A DNA stretch of 64,000 bases from an uncultured Candidatus Cloacimonas sp. (GTDB taxonomy: Bacteria > Cloacimonadota > Cloacimonadia > Cloacimonadales > Cloacimonadaceae). Of this stretch, positions 27,301 through 35,564 are shown in pieces (positions within the stretch are counted from its first letter, which is position 1; every line of letters starts with the position of its first letter). Below the pieces are notes generated by a model. It saw nothing but the letters and a program-made list of their open reading frames with translations. It was not told where the DNA came from and ran no database searches. The DNA lies in NCBI GenBank assembly GCA_964572925.1, contig CAZNGW010000001.1, positions 11,250 to 75,249 of the forward strand, written 5' to 3'. A program made the position numbers and the translations under genes.

Positions 27301-27476
27301 AAGCGCTGGGATTTCTGGTTCGCCCCAGGGTAACAGCATTTTACGATGGAGTGGCAGAGTGGTCGCATTCACTGGCTGCTACAATCTCCAGGTTATATAC
27401 AGGGAACGGGCAAACCTATATGTTGCACATCTTTCTCTATATGATTTTCCTATACTCTCTATTGGGGGTGAAATAA
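24327..27476 (+). CDS. mnhD: Tandem MnhD/NuoL-M-N-type ion-translocating subunit (two antiporter-like units fused)
   Basis: Two copies of the antiporter core: FLEILSISTYALI...RLLGYSS and AWELMTIGSYFLV...HYWLPGAY...KRLLAYSS. Confidence 0.88.
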   Translation: MVNPMYLIAMFLAAAFLIALVDKLHRGISITVLYLVLATAGALSAWQLWLLNSGVKVDTTFLSAGFPAPLSIVLRFGMIEATLVMAINLFGLLGAVYLSKELCEQGARPIALYLTMILGASGLVLTRDIFNTFVFLEILSISTYALIAIKQDKNSLVAGIKYMLAGGISSTLFLIGIVFTYRWTGTLNLDTWLSLPPINRIGYEVAMFLLAMGLFVELKPFPANGWALDLYQSVHSGLGAIISTVNTGALLYVFYKVMPLFSPTLLAVLCGAGLASFILANLVAIRQKDPQRLLGYSSTAQTGLILFAMTSLQQLGVGNELLLAVVFGLFITNYLAKSGLFWLAGMVKGNTLKDWSSLKGTGSPGIFFAIFVIALAAMPPFPSFFAKWQLVQLFGAAKAWLWLGGLLLGSLFEVVYLFRWLGTALGFGDVYPRRQDTVFQLIPILSVAVLLIGLSLFVTRFHPELGLQAIFPVIAFILFGVFDFLPAKMKGLFLILLLGYWGWFYLLPGLPLLGQIFVLILVGGSIAQIFGFMRYQGSAEGMFPALALLVFSLGNLVVAGTKLELFLAWELMTIGSYFLVLRGRKGQSPALSYIVFSTFGAYLLLAALALIPDTYKGYPLLIQAGFIPMGEIAGLMALLAFLIKIGAAGLHYWLPGAYSEADDESSSILSSVLSKAGVFGLLLVLLIFLGKISGNSISMVTLGWIGVATAFFGALMAVFQEDAKRLLAYSSMSQMGYIIAGFSLMSHLGWVSAMYLAVNHLLFKGLIFMAMAGVFLRTGTRNMYEMGGLIKKMPIAFISVLMGIIAVSGVPPLSGFGSKWFIYTSMIEQGRVLQAALAFFSSAISFLYLYKLIHTVFLGQAKPQQSSVKEAPIWLVIPQGIFIMAIMAISMFPNLITKPLSMAIGNFIPKPDWLSWNGYDLVMNSPWLHGNWNGNLVMFVTMGVFMTPLIWLLLVNAKVQKVKQFNIVFAAERPYKPWTTHVAYNMFAPYNKALGFLVRPRVTAFYDGVAEWSHSLAATISRLYTGNGQTYMLHIFLYMIFLYSLLGVK

Positions 27477-28384
27477 TGACTCTGGCAATCAAAATCATCT
27501 GGGCTTTCATTTCCTTGGGGGTAGTAACCGTTTGGGGGCTTACCCTCAATGGCATAGTGCACAAAATCTTTGCCAGGGTTCAAGGCCGGCTTGGTCCTCC
27601 TGTCTGGCAACCGTTTTTGGATATTATAAAAAACAACTCCATACGTACAGGCATAACTCATGGCATAATGTTTTATCTTGGTCCGGTCTTCCGCATTGCA
27701 GGAGGAATTGGAACTTATATGTTCATTCCTGTTCTATTTGGCTCGGTCCACTTTGCCAATTTTTCCATGAGTGGTGATGTCTTACTGGTAATGTATTTCA
27801 TTTTCTTTGGACAGCTTGGAATGGCTTTGGGAGCTGGAGAGGGAGGACATCCCTATTCTGCAATAGCGGTAAGCCGCGGATTAGCTCAAATGACTGCTTT
27901 TGAGGTTCCTTTTGCTTTGTCGGTTATCAGTCTGGCCATGCAATACCGAACCCTATCCATCACAGAGATTGTGGCAGCCCAACAGGGCAGCTTCCTGAAC
28001 TGGACGTTCTTTACCAATCCCTTGGCAGTGATTGCAGCCATGATTGCCATGCTGGGGATGAATATGTATAATCCATTCTCTCTGGTAATTGCTCCTCAGG
28101 AAATTCCGATCGGGCCCCCTACTGAGTATCAGGCTTCGTTTCTGGGTCTGCTGGCCACCAATCGCGGTATCTTCAACGGTGCCAAGTTAGTGCTGTTCAT
28201 GAACTTATATTTTGGAGGAGCGACGAATCTGGTGGAACTTATCATTAAAACTTTCTGGATTTACATGTTCAGCGTGTTCATCGGAGCTGCCTATCCTAGA
28301 TTCCGCACTGAGAATTCCATCCGCTTTTTCTTGAAATACCCCACTATCCTGGGGATAATCGCGGTTTTGCTTTTTAGCATGTGA
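27476..28384 (+). CDS. NuoH/MbxM-like membrane anchor subunit
   Basis: Start reassigned to ATG 27476 (TAATG coupling); ARVQGRLGPP, QPFLDIIK, PTEY, YPRFR. Confidence 0.88.
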   Translation: MTLAIKIIWAFISLGVVTVWGLTLNGIVHKIFARVQGRLGPPVWQPFLDIIKNNSIRTGITHGIMFYLGPVFRIAGGIGTYMFIPVLFGSVHFANFSMSGDVLLVMYFIFFGQLGMALGAGEGGHPYSAIAVSRGLAQMTAFEVPFALSVISLAMQYRTLSITEIVAAQQGSFLNWTFFTNPLAVIAAMIAMLGMNMYNPFSLVIAPQEIPIGPPTEYQASFLGLLATNRGIFNGAKLVLFMNLYFGGATNLVELIIKTFWIYMFSVFIGAAYPRFRTENSIRFFLKYPTILGIIAVLLFSM

Positions 28385-28391
28385 GGAGATT

Positions 28392-29096
28392 ATGATCGAT
28401 AAAGATATAAATAAAAACGAAATGCTTGAAACTGATAATGGAGTATCACAGCTAACGACACCAGATTACACCGAATGGCGAAAAGACGATAAAACCCTCC
28501 TTAATGAGGGACTGCCAGAGGAGGAACGGGATTGGTTTTGCGATGCTCGTCCTCAAAAAGCCCGCAAGAGCGTTCAGGTAATTGAAAACTTCCTGAATTG
28601 GGCCCGATCTCAAAGCCTCTGGATTCTAGCATTTGGAACCGGTTGCGGAGCAATCGAGCTACGCCCTTTGGTCACTTCCCGTTATGACATCAGCCGTTTG
28701 GGAATGCAGCCGCGACCCACTCCCCGTCAGGCAAATCTCATCATGATAGGTGGCTATGTGTCCATTAAAACCCTGAAGCGAATTGTTCGCAGTTATGAGC
28801 AGATGCAAGGTCCAAAGTTCGTAGTGGCGGTTTGTTCCTGCGCAATAAATGGCGGGATGTATTGGGATAGCTACAACACCGTGAAAAGAATAGACGATTA
28901 TATTCCTGTAGATGTTTATGTTACTGGTTGTATGCCTCGTCCGGAAGCCGTACTCGCTGGTTTCAACAAGTTAAAAGAACTGATTAAAGCCGGAAAGGCC
29001 GAAGGTCAAAACCTCTATGCGGAAAAATTCGACTGGTATAAAGAAAACCAAAAGAAAGTCATCAAAGACTGGAATATGCCGGATTACAATTGGTAG
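28392..29096 (+). CDS. NuoB/MbxJ-like [4Fe-4S] subunit
   Basis: GTGCGAIE, VCSCAINGG, VDVYVTGCMPRPEA. Confidence 0.9.
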   Translation: MIDKDINKNEMLETDNGVSQLTTPDYTEWRKDDKTLLNEGLPEEERDWFCDARPQKARKSVQVIENFLNWARSQSLWILAFGTGCGAIELRPLVTSRYDISRLGMQPRPTPRQANLIMIGGYVSIKTLKRIVRSYEQMQGPKFVVAVCSCAINGGMYWDSYNTVKRIDDYIPVDVYVTGCMPRPEAVLAGFNKLKELIKAGKAEGQNLYAEKFDWYKENQKKVIKDWNMPDYNW

Positions 29097-29102
29097 GTTG
29101 GT

Positions 29103-29627
29103 ATGGAACAATTATTCAAAGAACTACAACTACAATTCCCTGTATCAGATTTCAGCGCAAAACGTAATGATCTGGCGTTTTGTAGAATTCACAAAGAGCA
29201 TTTGATCAGTTTGCTTACACACTTGAGGGATATAAAAGGCTACTCCCATTTGGTGATGGTTACTTGCATAGATTATCTGGAAGACGAGTTCTTCCTGCTA
29301 ACCTATCTATTACATAACTATATTGAGAAAACCGACTTCGGTATCCAGGTTCCCATTTCCAGAGATGAGACTCTAATGTATAGCATCCACCATCTTTGGG
29401 AACAAGGAAGGGTTTACCAGCGGGAACTACATGAAATGTTCGGGATTGATTTTCCAGGAAGTCCTGGAGTGCATGAACCCATGATCCTGGAAGGGTGGCA
29501 GGGACCCCCTCCCATGCGCAGGGATTTTGATACCAAGGCTTTCAGCGAAGCCACATACAGCCACCGACCCAGGGATCATAAAGAGCCCGAAGAATATATG
29601 AAGCAGCAGCTTTACCCAGAGGATTGA
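29103..29627 (+). CDS. NuoC/MbxK-like subunit
   Basis: YQRELHEMFGIDFPG, PPMRRDF. Confidence 0.88.
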   Translation: MEQLFKELQLQFPVSDFSAKRNDLAFCRIHKEHLISLLTHLRDIKGYSHLVMVTCIDYLEDEFFLLTYLLHNYIEKTDFGIQVPISRDETLMYSIHHLWEQGRVYQRELHEMFGIDFPGSPGVHEPMILEGWQGPPPMRRDFDTKAFSEATYSHRPRDHKEPEEYMKQQLYPED

Positions 29628-29628
29628 T

Positions 29629-30786
29629 ATGGAAAGCTTATATCCGCCTATTGTTAATGGAAAGTCAGTTTACGACCTGAACAGCCAGAAATATCTAAGG
29701 GTATGGCAGGGTCCGCAACACCCGGGTGTTACGGGTAACATGAGTTTGGAATTGGATATCTGCGGAGACCAGGTAATAAAATGCAACACTCATGTTGGTT
29801 ATCTGCACCGGGGATTTGAAAAGCTAATGGAGCGACGCAGATATATAAACTGTTTTCCCATAGTATGCCGTATCTGTGTTCCAGAACCAGACACCAATGA
29901 ATATCTTTTTGCTGCTGCTATGGAAGACCTGATGGGTTTGGAAATCCCCGAGCGGGCAATATGGCTTCGCACCCTGAATCTTGAGCTGTCACGCTTGGCC
30001 AGTTTCCTGATGCATCTTGGTGGACAGAGTGGAGCTTTTGGCATGGGAACCGTGGCACAGTGGACGATTGCTTACCGGGATTATGTGCTCGACCTGTTTG
30101 AAGAGCTGACCGGAGCGCGTATTTATCATATGTATATGACTCCGGGTGGAGTTAGGGGTGACATTCCTGAGGGTTGGATAGCACACGTCCATAAAGTGCT
30201 TGATGGTGCTTCCAGGTTACTCGAAGAAATCCGCCACGTAATGTTGAATAATGCTCTGTTCAAGCAAAGGGCAGTGGGCTTGGGGATAATAACAACTGAC
30301 ATGGTTGACCGTTATGGTATTGTAGGCCCCAATGCACGTTGCACAGGACTTAAACGCGATGTCCGCAAAGACCAGCCCTATCTGGCGTATGACCAGCTGT
30401 CATTCAATGTTGAAACCGAGACAGCCGGGGACGCCTATTCCCGCACACTGATTCGATGGCGAGAAACTCATCAATCAATAGACCTGTGCCGGCAAATATT
30501 GGATAAGATGCCCCAATCCGGTGCAGTCCATGTAACCCTGCCAAACGTTCTGCATCTTAAGATTCCCATCGGTCAAACTTATGTTCGGGCGGAATCAACT
30601 CGCGGAGAGTATGGTTATTTTATGGTTTCCGACGGCAGCGAGTTTCCCCGTAAGGTAACGGTGCGAGGCCCTTCCTACACCCATGCCATGGCTCTTTTGG
30701 AAGACCTGTTGGTGGGAGTAAACATTGCCGATGTTGCCGGATTGATGGTTTCTTTGCATACATACCCGCCAGAAATTGAGAGGTAG
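29629..30786 (+). CDS. NuoD/MbxL-like subunit lacking NiFe ligands
   Basis: GPQHPG, GYLHRGFEKL, RICVPEPD (no second Cys), C-terminus SLHTYPPEIER (no DPCxxC). Confidence 0.9.
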   Translation: MESLYPPIVNGKSVYDLNSQKYLRVWQGPQHPGVTGNMSLELDICGDQVIKCNTHVGYLHRGFEKLMERRRYINCFPIVCRICVPEPDTNEYLFAAAMEDLMGLEIPERAIWLRTLNLELSRLASFLMHLGGQSGAFGMGTVAQWTIAYRDYVLDLFEELTGARIYHMYMTPGGVRGDIPEGWIAHVHKVLDGASRLLEEIRHVMLNNALFKQRAVGLGIITTDMVDRYGIVGPNARCTGLKRDVRKDQPYLAYDQLSFNVETETAGDAYSRTLIRWRETHQSIDLCRQILDKMPQSGAVHVTLPNVLHLKIPIGQTYVRAESTRGEYGYFMVSDGSEFPRKVTVRGPSYTHAMALLEDLLVGVNIADVAGLMVSLHTYPPEIER

Positions 30787-30789
30787 AAA

Positions 30790-32574
30790 GTGAATCTGAA
30801 AGACATATTATCACCCTTATACGTATGGAAGCGTGCCTTTGAAAAGCCTTATTCAATCAATACGCTAAGTAAGGAACGACCGGGAGCACCGCGGTATCGT
30901 GGATTTCATAAAAATGATATTGAAAAATGCATCGGATGTGGAACTTGTGCTGAGATTTGCCAGAACCAATCCATAGAAATGGTTCCGGTAGAAGATACAA
31001 AAGACGGAGACAGCGGATTACGTCCCAAGATAGATTATGGCCGTTGTTGCTGGTGTGCCCTCTGCGTGGATATTTGTCCCAGTGGCTCACTAACTATGTC
31101 CAACAGCTACATATGGGTGGAGGAAGGTCTCGACCGGGATGTGCGTGAAACCTATTGCTTCATTCCTGGATCCGAAGGCAAACCCTGGGATAATGAAGAA
31201 CTTGGTTATCAACGCCCCGAAGGCTATGAATTGCTTCATTTGGAGCGGGTTCCCATGCCTCATCTGAAAGCAGGTGAACGCTTGGAGTCATTTGTAGAGA
31301 TGGTGAAAGGCTATTCACGCGAATTAGCAATTAAGGAAGCAGACCGTTGTATTCAATGTGGGATTTGCACTGCCACATGCCCAGCTCACATGAATATCCC
31401 TGCCTACATAAAAGCCATCCGGGAAGATCGTATTGCAGAAGGATTGAAAATTCTTTATGAAACCAATCCATTCCCAGGAGTATGCGGAAGAGTATGTACA
31501 AGACGTTGTGAAGATGTGTGTGCTTTGTCCCACAGGGGTGAGGCAATTTCCATACGCTGGCTGAAACGCTATCTTACCGATTATGTGGAGGCGAAGGATT
31601 ATCAGGAAGTGCTAAATAGTGAAATTGCACCCAATAATAAGAAAATTGCCATCATCGGTTCCGGCCCGGGGGGGCTAAGTGCAGCTTACTATTTGGCTAA
31701 GCTGGGATACCAGGTGGAGATCTTCGAAAAGAACTCCGCAGCCGGAGGCATGTTGCGTTATGGCATACCTGAATACCGTTTGCCCTACGAAAGCCTGGAC
31801 AAAGACATTAACTACATCCTTTCCCTTGGCGTCCAGATCCATTACAATACGGCAGTTGGCAAGCAGGTCAGCTTCGACGATATCTATCAAAATCACGATG
31901 CCATCTTCATCAGTACTGGACTTTTCGAGCCCTACATTATTGGCATCAAAGGCGAGGAAAACGAAGGTGTGATCAGCGGACTGAAACTTTTGGAAGATAT
32001 TACAAACGGCAAAGAAGTCCAGCTTGGCAAGCATGTAATTGTCGTCGGTGGGGGAAATGTTGCCATGGATGCGGCCAGAACCGCCAAACGCCTGGGTTCG
32101 GAAGTAACCGTGCTGTATCGTCGTCGTCTGGAAGACATGCCTGCCGACCGGGAAGAGATAGAGGAAGCCTTGGAAGAAAATGTGATCTTCACCTGCCAGG
32201 CAATTCCTTTGGAGATTGAAAAAACTCCTGACGGCAGACTTGCCGTGATCTGGGGTAAAGCTGAAATGAAACTGGAGGAAGGTGCCAAACGTCCTTCTCC
32301 AGTCTTGATAGAAGGAAGCAGGGAAGTTCTGGAAGCAGACACGATAATTGCTGCAATTGGACAAGGGATGAATTTCTCCTGGATGGATGGCGAAGCCTTT
32401 GCCAACATCAAATTCGGGAAGTGGAATATCGAAGCTGATCGCTGGGGCAGAAGCAGCGACCAAAAGGTGTTTATCGGCGGTGATATGTTCAATCGTACTG
32501 CAGATGCAATTACTGCAGTAGCTGACGGACATCGAAGTGCCAGAGCGATTGACAGGCTGTTCAATCCAGAATAG
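30790..32574 (+). CDS. Fusion of NuoI/MbxN-like 2x[4Fe-4S] ferredoxin with a GltD/SudA/NfnB-like FAD-NAD(P)H oxidoreductase
   Basis: CIGCGTCAEIC and CCWCALCVDICP, then CIQCGICTATCP...CGRVC...CE..C, IIGSGPGG, VVGGGNVAMD, LYRRR. Confidence 0.9.
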   Translation: MNLKDILSPLYVWKRAFEKPYSINTLSKERPGAPRYRGFHKNDIEKCIGCGTCAEICQNQSIEMVPVEDTKDGDSGLRPKIDYGRCCWCALCVDICPSGSLTMSNSYIWVEEGLDRDVRETYCFIPGSEGKPWDNEELGYQRPEGYELLHLERVPMPHLKAGERLESFVEMVKGYSRELAIKEADRCIQCGICTATCPAHMNIPAYIKAIREDRIAEGLKILYETNPFPGVCGRVCTRRCEDVCALSHRGEAISIRWLKRYLTDYVEAKDYQEVLNSEIAPNNKKIAIIGSGPGGLSAAYYLAKLGYQVEIFEKNSAAGGMLRYGIPEYRLPYESLDKDINYILSLGVQIHYNTAVGKQVSFDDIYQNHDAIFISTGLFEPYIIGIKGEENEGVISGLKLLEDITNGKEVQLGKHVIVVGGGNVAMDAARTAKRLGSEVTVLYRRRLEDMPADREEIEEALEENVIFTCQAIPLEIEKTPDGRLAVIWGKAEMKLEEGAKRPSPVLIEGSREVLEADTIIAAIGQGMNFSWMDGEAFANIKFGKWNIEADRWGRSSDQKVFIGGDMFNRTADAITAVADGHRSARAIDRLFNPE

Positions 32575-32606
32575 ACTATGGCTGTTTAGATAGCTGATGT
32601 AAAATA

Positions 32607-32631
32607 AAAGACCACCCATTGGGTGGTCTTT
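32607..32631. terminator. Bidirectional intrinsic terminator
   Basis: aaagaccaccc-att-gggtggtcttt, flanked by A- and T-rich tracts, between the convergent Mbx-like operon and secF. Confidence 0.85.
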
Positions 32632-32652
32632 CTTTATCGGCCAATATTTGGA

Positions 32653-33633
32653 TTACTTTTTCTTGGTTAGGTTCTGGATTACTTTCTTTTCTTTGTGGGT
32701 GATAGAATCAAGATCGATAACCATGTTACTGGCTACGAAGATTGAGGAATAGGTTCCAAAGAGGATACCCAAAGTCATAGCAAACGCAAAGTCATGAATA
32801 ACGCTGCCACCAAAGATATACAGTGCCAAAGCAGAGAGCAGGGTAGTTCCGGCTGTAATTGTGGTTCTGGAAAGCGTGGTATTCATAGCCCGGTTAAAAA
32901 CTTCGGGCACGGGATCTTTACGATAAATCTTCAGATCTTCGCGGATTCGATCGAATATAACGATTGTATCATTGATGCTATAACCTACAATGGTAAGTAA
33001 GGCTGCTATGATCTGAACGGTAATCTCTTTACCGGTTAATGCAAAGATACCTACGATGATGAATACATCATGGAACAAGGCAAAGATAGCCATCAAGCCA
33101 AATGTGAGTTCAAACCGGAACCAAATGTAAACAATCATGGCCAGCAAAGAGATCAGCACTGCCAGGAAAGCGGCAGTCCGAAGTTCACCACCGACCTTGG
33201 GGCCAACTTCGTAAATCTCTTCCACCACATCCTTGCCAAGATCCTTGCCTTTTACGTATTCTGGAAGGTTAGTCTGGATGATCTCCAGGATTTTTGTTTT
33301 GGTATCGGCTGAAACATTGGCGGAATTTGAAACGCTTTTGATCTTGATCTGGAAAACGGCATTTTCCGGGGCACCTACAAACAGGATTTCAGCTTCCGGA
33401 AAACCGTTGCTTTTTAACAGAGAGCGTAGTTTATCAATTTTAAGGGGTTGCACTGAAGCATCCATGGCTTTCAGATTTACTGTGGCGGCTACACCGCTGG
33501 TGAAATCTATACTCCAATTCAGTCCATTCATAACCAGTCCGACCACCCCGGCCAGGATAAAGAGCGCTGAAATAGCATAGGCTATATAGCGGCTCTTTAC
33601 GAAGGGGAAATTTGCATTTTTAAAGATTCTCAT
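32653..33633 (-). CDS. secF: Protein translocase subunit SecF
   Basis: IDFTSG, VGPKVGGEL, GYSINDTIVIFDRIRE, GTYSSIFVA. Confidence 0.96.
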   Translation of the reverse strand: MRIFKNANFPFVKSRYIAYAISALFILAGVVGLVMNGLNWSIDFTSGVAATVNLKAMDASVQPLKIDKLRSLLKSNGFPEAEILFVGAPENAVFQIKIKSVSNSANVSADTKTKILEIIQTNLPEYVKGKDLGKDVVEEIYEVGPKVGGELRTAAFLAVLISLLAMIVYIWFRFELTFGLMAIFALFHDVFIIVGIFALTGKEITVQIIAALLTIVGYSINDTIVIFDRIREDLKIYRKDPVPEVFNRAMNTTLSRTTITAGTTLLSALALYIFGGSVIHDFAFAMTLGILFGTYSSIFVASNMVIDLDSITHKEKKVIQNLTKKK

Positions 33634-33646
33634 GGGTGATCTCCTC

Positions 33647-35227
33647 TTAGATACTCAGTTTCTTGCTGGTGCCAGTGAGAACGAAGGTGTCCAGAATGGA
33701 ACGGACAAACACGATGGCTGTGAACATCGAACCGATGATACCAATGGACAGGGTTACCGCAAAACCGCGGATCGGACCTGTTCCAAAGTTGTAAAGCACA
33801 GCTGCGGCGATCAGAGTGGTAAGGTTTGAATCCCACACGGTGACAACTGCGCGTTTGTAACCTGCATCTACGGCACTGCGTGGAGTTTTTCCCTGATCGA
33901 GTTCTTCACGGACGCGTTCATATATAAGCACGTTGGCATCAACTGCCATACCAATGGTAAGGATTATACCAGCGATACCGGGCATGGTAAGGGTGGCACC
34001 AAAAGCGGTAAGCATGGCCAGGATGAATCCGACATTGAAGATAAGAGCAAAATCGGCAATGAAGCCTGAAAGTTTGTAATAGAATAGCATGAAAAGCACT
34101 ACGGAGATCAAACCGATGAGTCCTGCCATGCTGCCACTGCGGATGCTGTCGCTGCCAAGCGTAGCACCGATGATGGAGGTGGAAATTGGTTTGATGGGAG
34201 CGATCAGGTTTCCGGTATTGAGCACGATGGAAAGTTCATTGGCTTCTGCAGAGGTAAATTTACCGGTTATTTGAGCCCTGCCGCCAGAAATGCGTTCCTG
34301 AATATTGGGAGCGGAATAAACCACTCCGTCCAGAACGATTGCCAAACGCTTGCCGGTATTATCGGCGGTAACGCGTTCAAACTTACGGCTGCCTTCACGC
34401 TTCATTTCAATGGAAACATAGGGTTTATTGGCGATCCGGGGATCGGTGGATGTGGAAGATCCATATTCCACTTTGGCTTTGGCCAGGTCGGCACCTGAAA
34501 GCTCAACTGCCGAGGATAATACATGCAGAACCCGATCAGCCCGGGCAGTTTCGGTGTCGGCTTTTTCAAGGGCAAGCTGGTAGCCCAGGGGAACGGCTTG
34601 CTGGAAAAGAGTATCGGCAAGCAGGTCCTGAACTAAACGGACATCACTGAACTGAACTTCGTAGTCAGCTTCCCCGGGACGAACCAGGGAACTGAACACT
34701 CCGGTTCCGGCTTTCACGCTATCTGCTTTGTCAGCCATGATGCTTTTGTCTTTCTTATCCAATTCAGCCAGTTTGGGGAAGAGGCCAAGGTTGTTGCTGA
34801 TGTTCAGGTCGATAGTATCCATCACTTTTTTGGCTTCTTCACCGGAAACGACCAGCTTGAATTCCAGCATAGCGGTCTGTTTGATCAGGTTTTCGGCAGC
34901 TTCATAATTTGAAACGCCGGGTAACTGAACCATAATCCGGTTTTCACCGAGTTTCTGGATTGAAGGTTCAGCCACACCAAATTGGTCGATACGTTCACGA
35001 ATAATCTTGATGTTTTGATCAACAGCGCCACGGGCATCGGTTTGCGACAGTTCGCTGGTGTCTACTTCCAGAAGGATCTGCATTCCACCACGCAGGTCAA
35101 GTCCGAGTTTCAGCTTGTGCTTCGACCACCATTCAGGCAGGTTCGGAATTGCCAAAGGAGCCAAATAAAATGCGGTTACGCATATGAATATGACTATTGA
35201 AAGGCCACGCCAGGAAAACTTCTTCAT
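33647..35227 (-). CDS. secD: Protein translocase subunit SecD
   Basis: KLGLDLRGG, RIDQFGVAEP, AIVLDG, GMAVDANVLIYERVREE. Confidence 0.96.
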   Translation of the reverse strand: MKKFSWRGLSIVIFICVTAFYLAPLAIPNLPEWWSKHKLKLGLDLRGGMQILLEVDTSELSQTDARGAVDQNIKIIRERIDQFGVAEPSIQKLGENRIMVQLPGVSNYEAAENLIKQTAMLEFKLVVSGEEAKKVMDTIDLNISNNLGLFPKLAELDKKDKSIMADKADSVKAGTGVFSSLVRPGEADYEVQFSDVRLVQDLLADTLFQQAVPLGYQLALEKADTETARADRVLHVLSSAVELSGADLAKAKVEYGSSTSTDPRIANKPYVSIEMKREGSRKFERVTADNTGKRLAIVLDGVVYSAPNIQERISGGRAQITGKFTSAEANELSIVLNTGNLIAPIKPISTSIIGATLGSDSIRSGSMAGLIGLISVVLFMLFYYKLSGFIADFALIFNVGFILAMLTAFGATLTMPGIAGIILTIGMAVDANVLIYERVREELDQGKTPRSAVDAGYKRAVVTVWDSNLTTLIAAAVLYNFGTGPIRGFAVTLSIGIIGSMFTAIVFVRSILDTFVLTGTSKKLSI

Positions 35228-35250
35228 TGGCTTATGCTCCCTTTTTACTT

Positions 35251-35259
35251 TATTATAGC
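35251..35259 (-). promoter_or_regulatory. Extended -10 promoter element for secDF
   Basis: TGcTATAAT on the minus strand, followed by a GGAG SD and the secD ATG. Confidence 0.45.
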
Positions 35260-35407
35260 ATGTTTTTTAGTCGTTTCGTTCCAAAACTCTGATATGCCGT
35301 CATTCGTCAAGGGAAATGTTCGTTTGCAGGTATTTCCGAAAACTGTCGGCATTCACGCAATACACTTTTATCATCCCCACATCGTCCTTCCTTTCTCGCC
35401 TCGGGTA

Positions 35408-35481
35408 CCCCATTCCCAACCCTCCCTTGTCCCTCCCTCATTCCATACGGGTGGGTTATGGGTGGCTCAAGAGTGGCTTTC
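35408..35481 (-). repeat. Intergenic palindromic element, copy 3 (opposite orientation, degenerate)
   Basis: Minus strand reads gaaagccac...cccacccgtatggaatgagggaggg, sharing gaaagccac, ccacccgta and atgagggaggg with the 59.5-kb copy. Confidence 0.7.
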
Positions 35482-35564
35482 GGGATTCGAGACAGCAAGG
35501 TAAAGGCTGGTAGTCAGGAATAAACCAACACTTGGAGGTTTGATTGGCTTTCCAGGAAAGATGG

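Noticed and set aside
29629-30786. Group 4 [NiFe]-hydrogenase large subunit
   Set aside because: Only one of the four Ni-ligating Cys positions is present; no maturation genes are nearby.
27476-32574. Canonical complex I (nuo operon)
   Set aside because: NuoB lacks the tandem CC; no NuoA/J/K/E/F/G genes are present; the membrane arm is Mrp/Mbh-type.
21945-32574. Selenocysteine recoding or programmed frameshift in the redox operon
   Set aside because: All subunits are full-length open frames, with no in-frame TGA at a Cys position.
31675-32619. Long antisense ORFs (also 2943-3548, 7648-8262, 31932-32564, 42713-43210)
   Set aside because: Shadow frames opposite well-supported genes, with no recognisable motifs.
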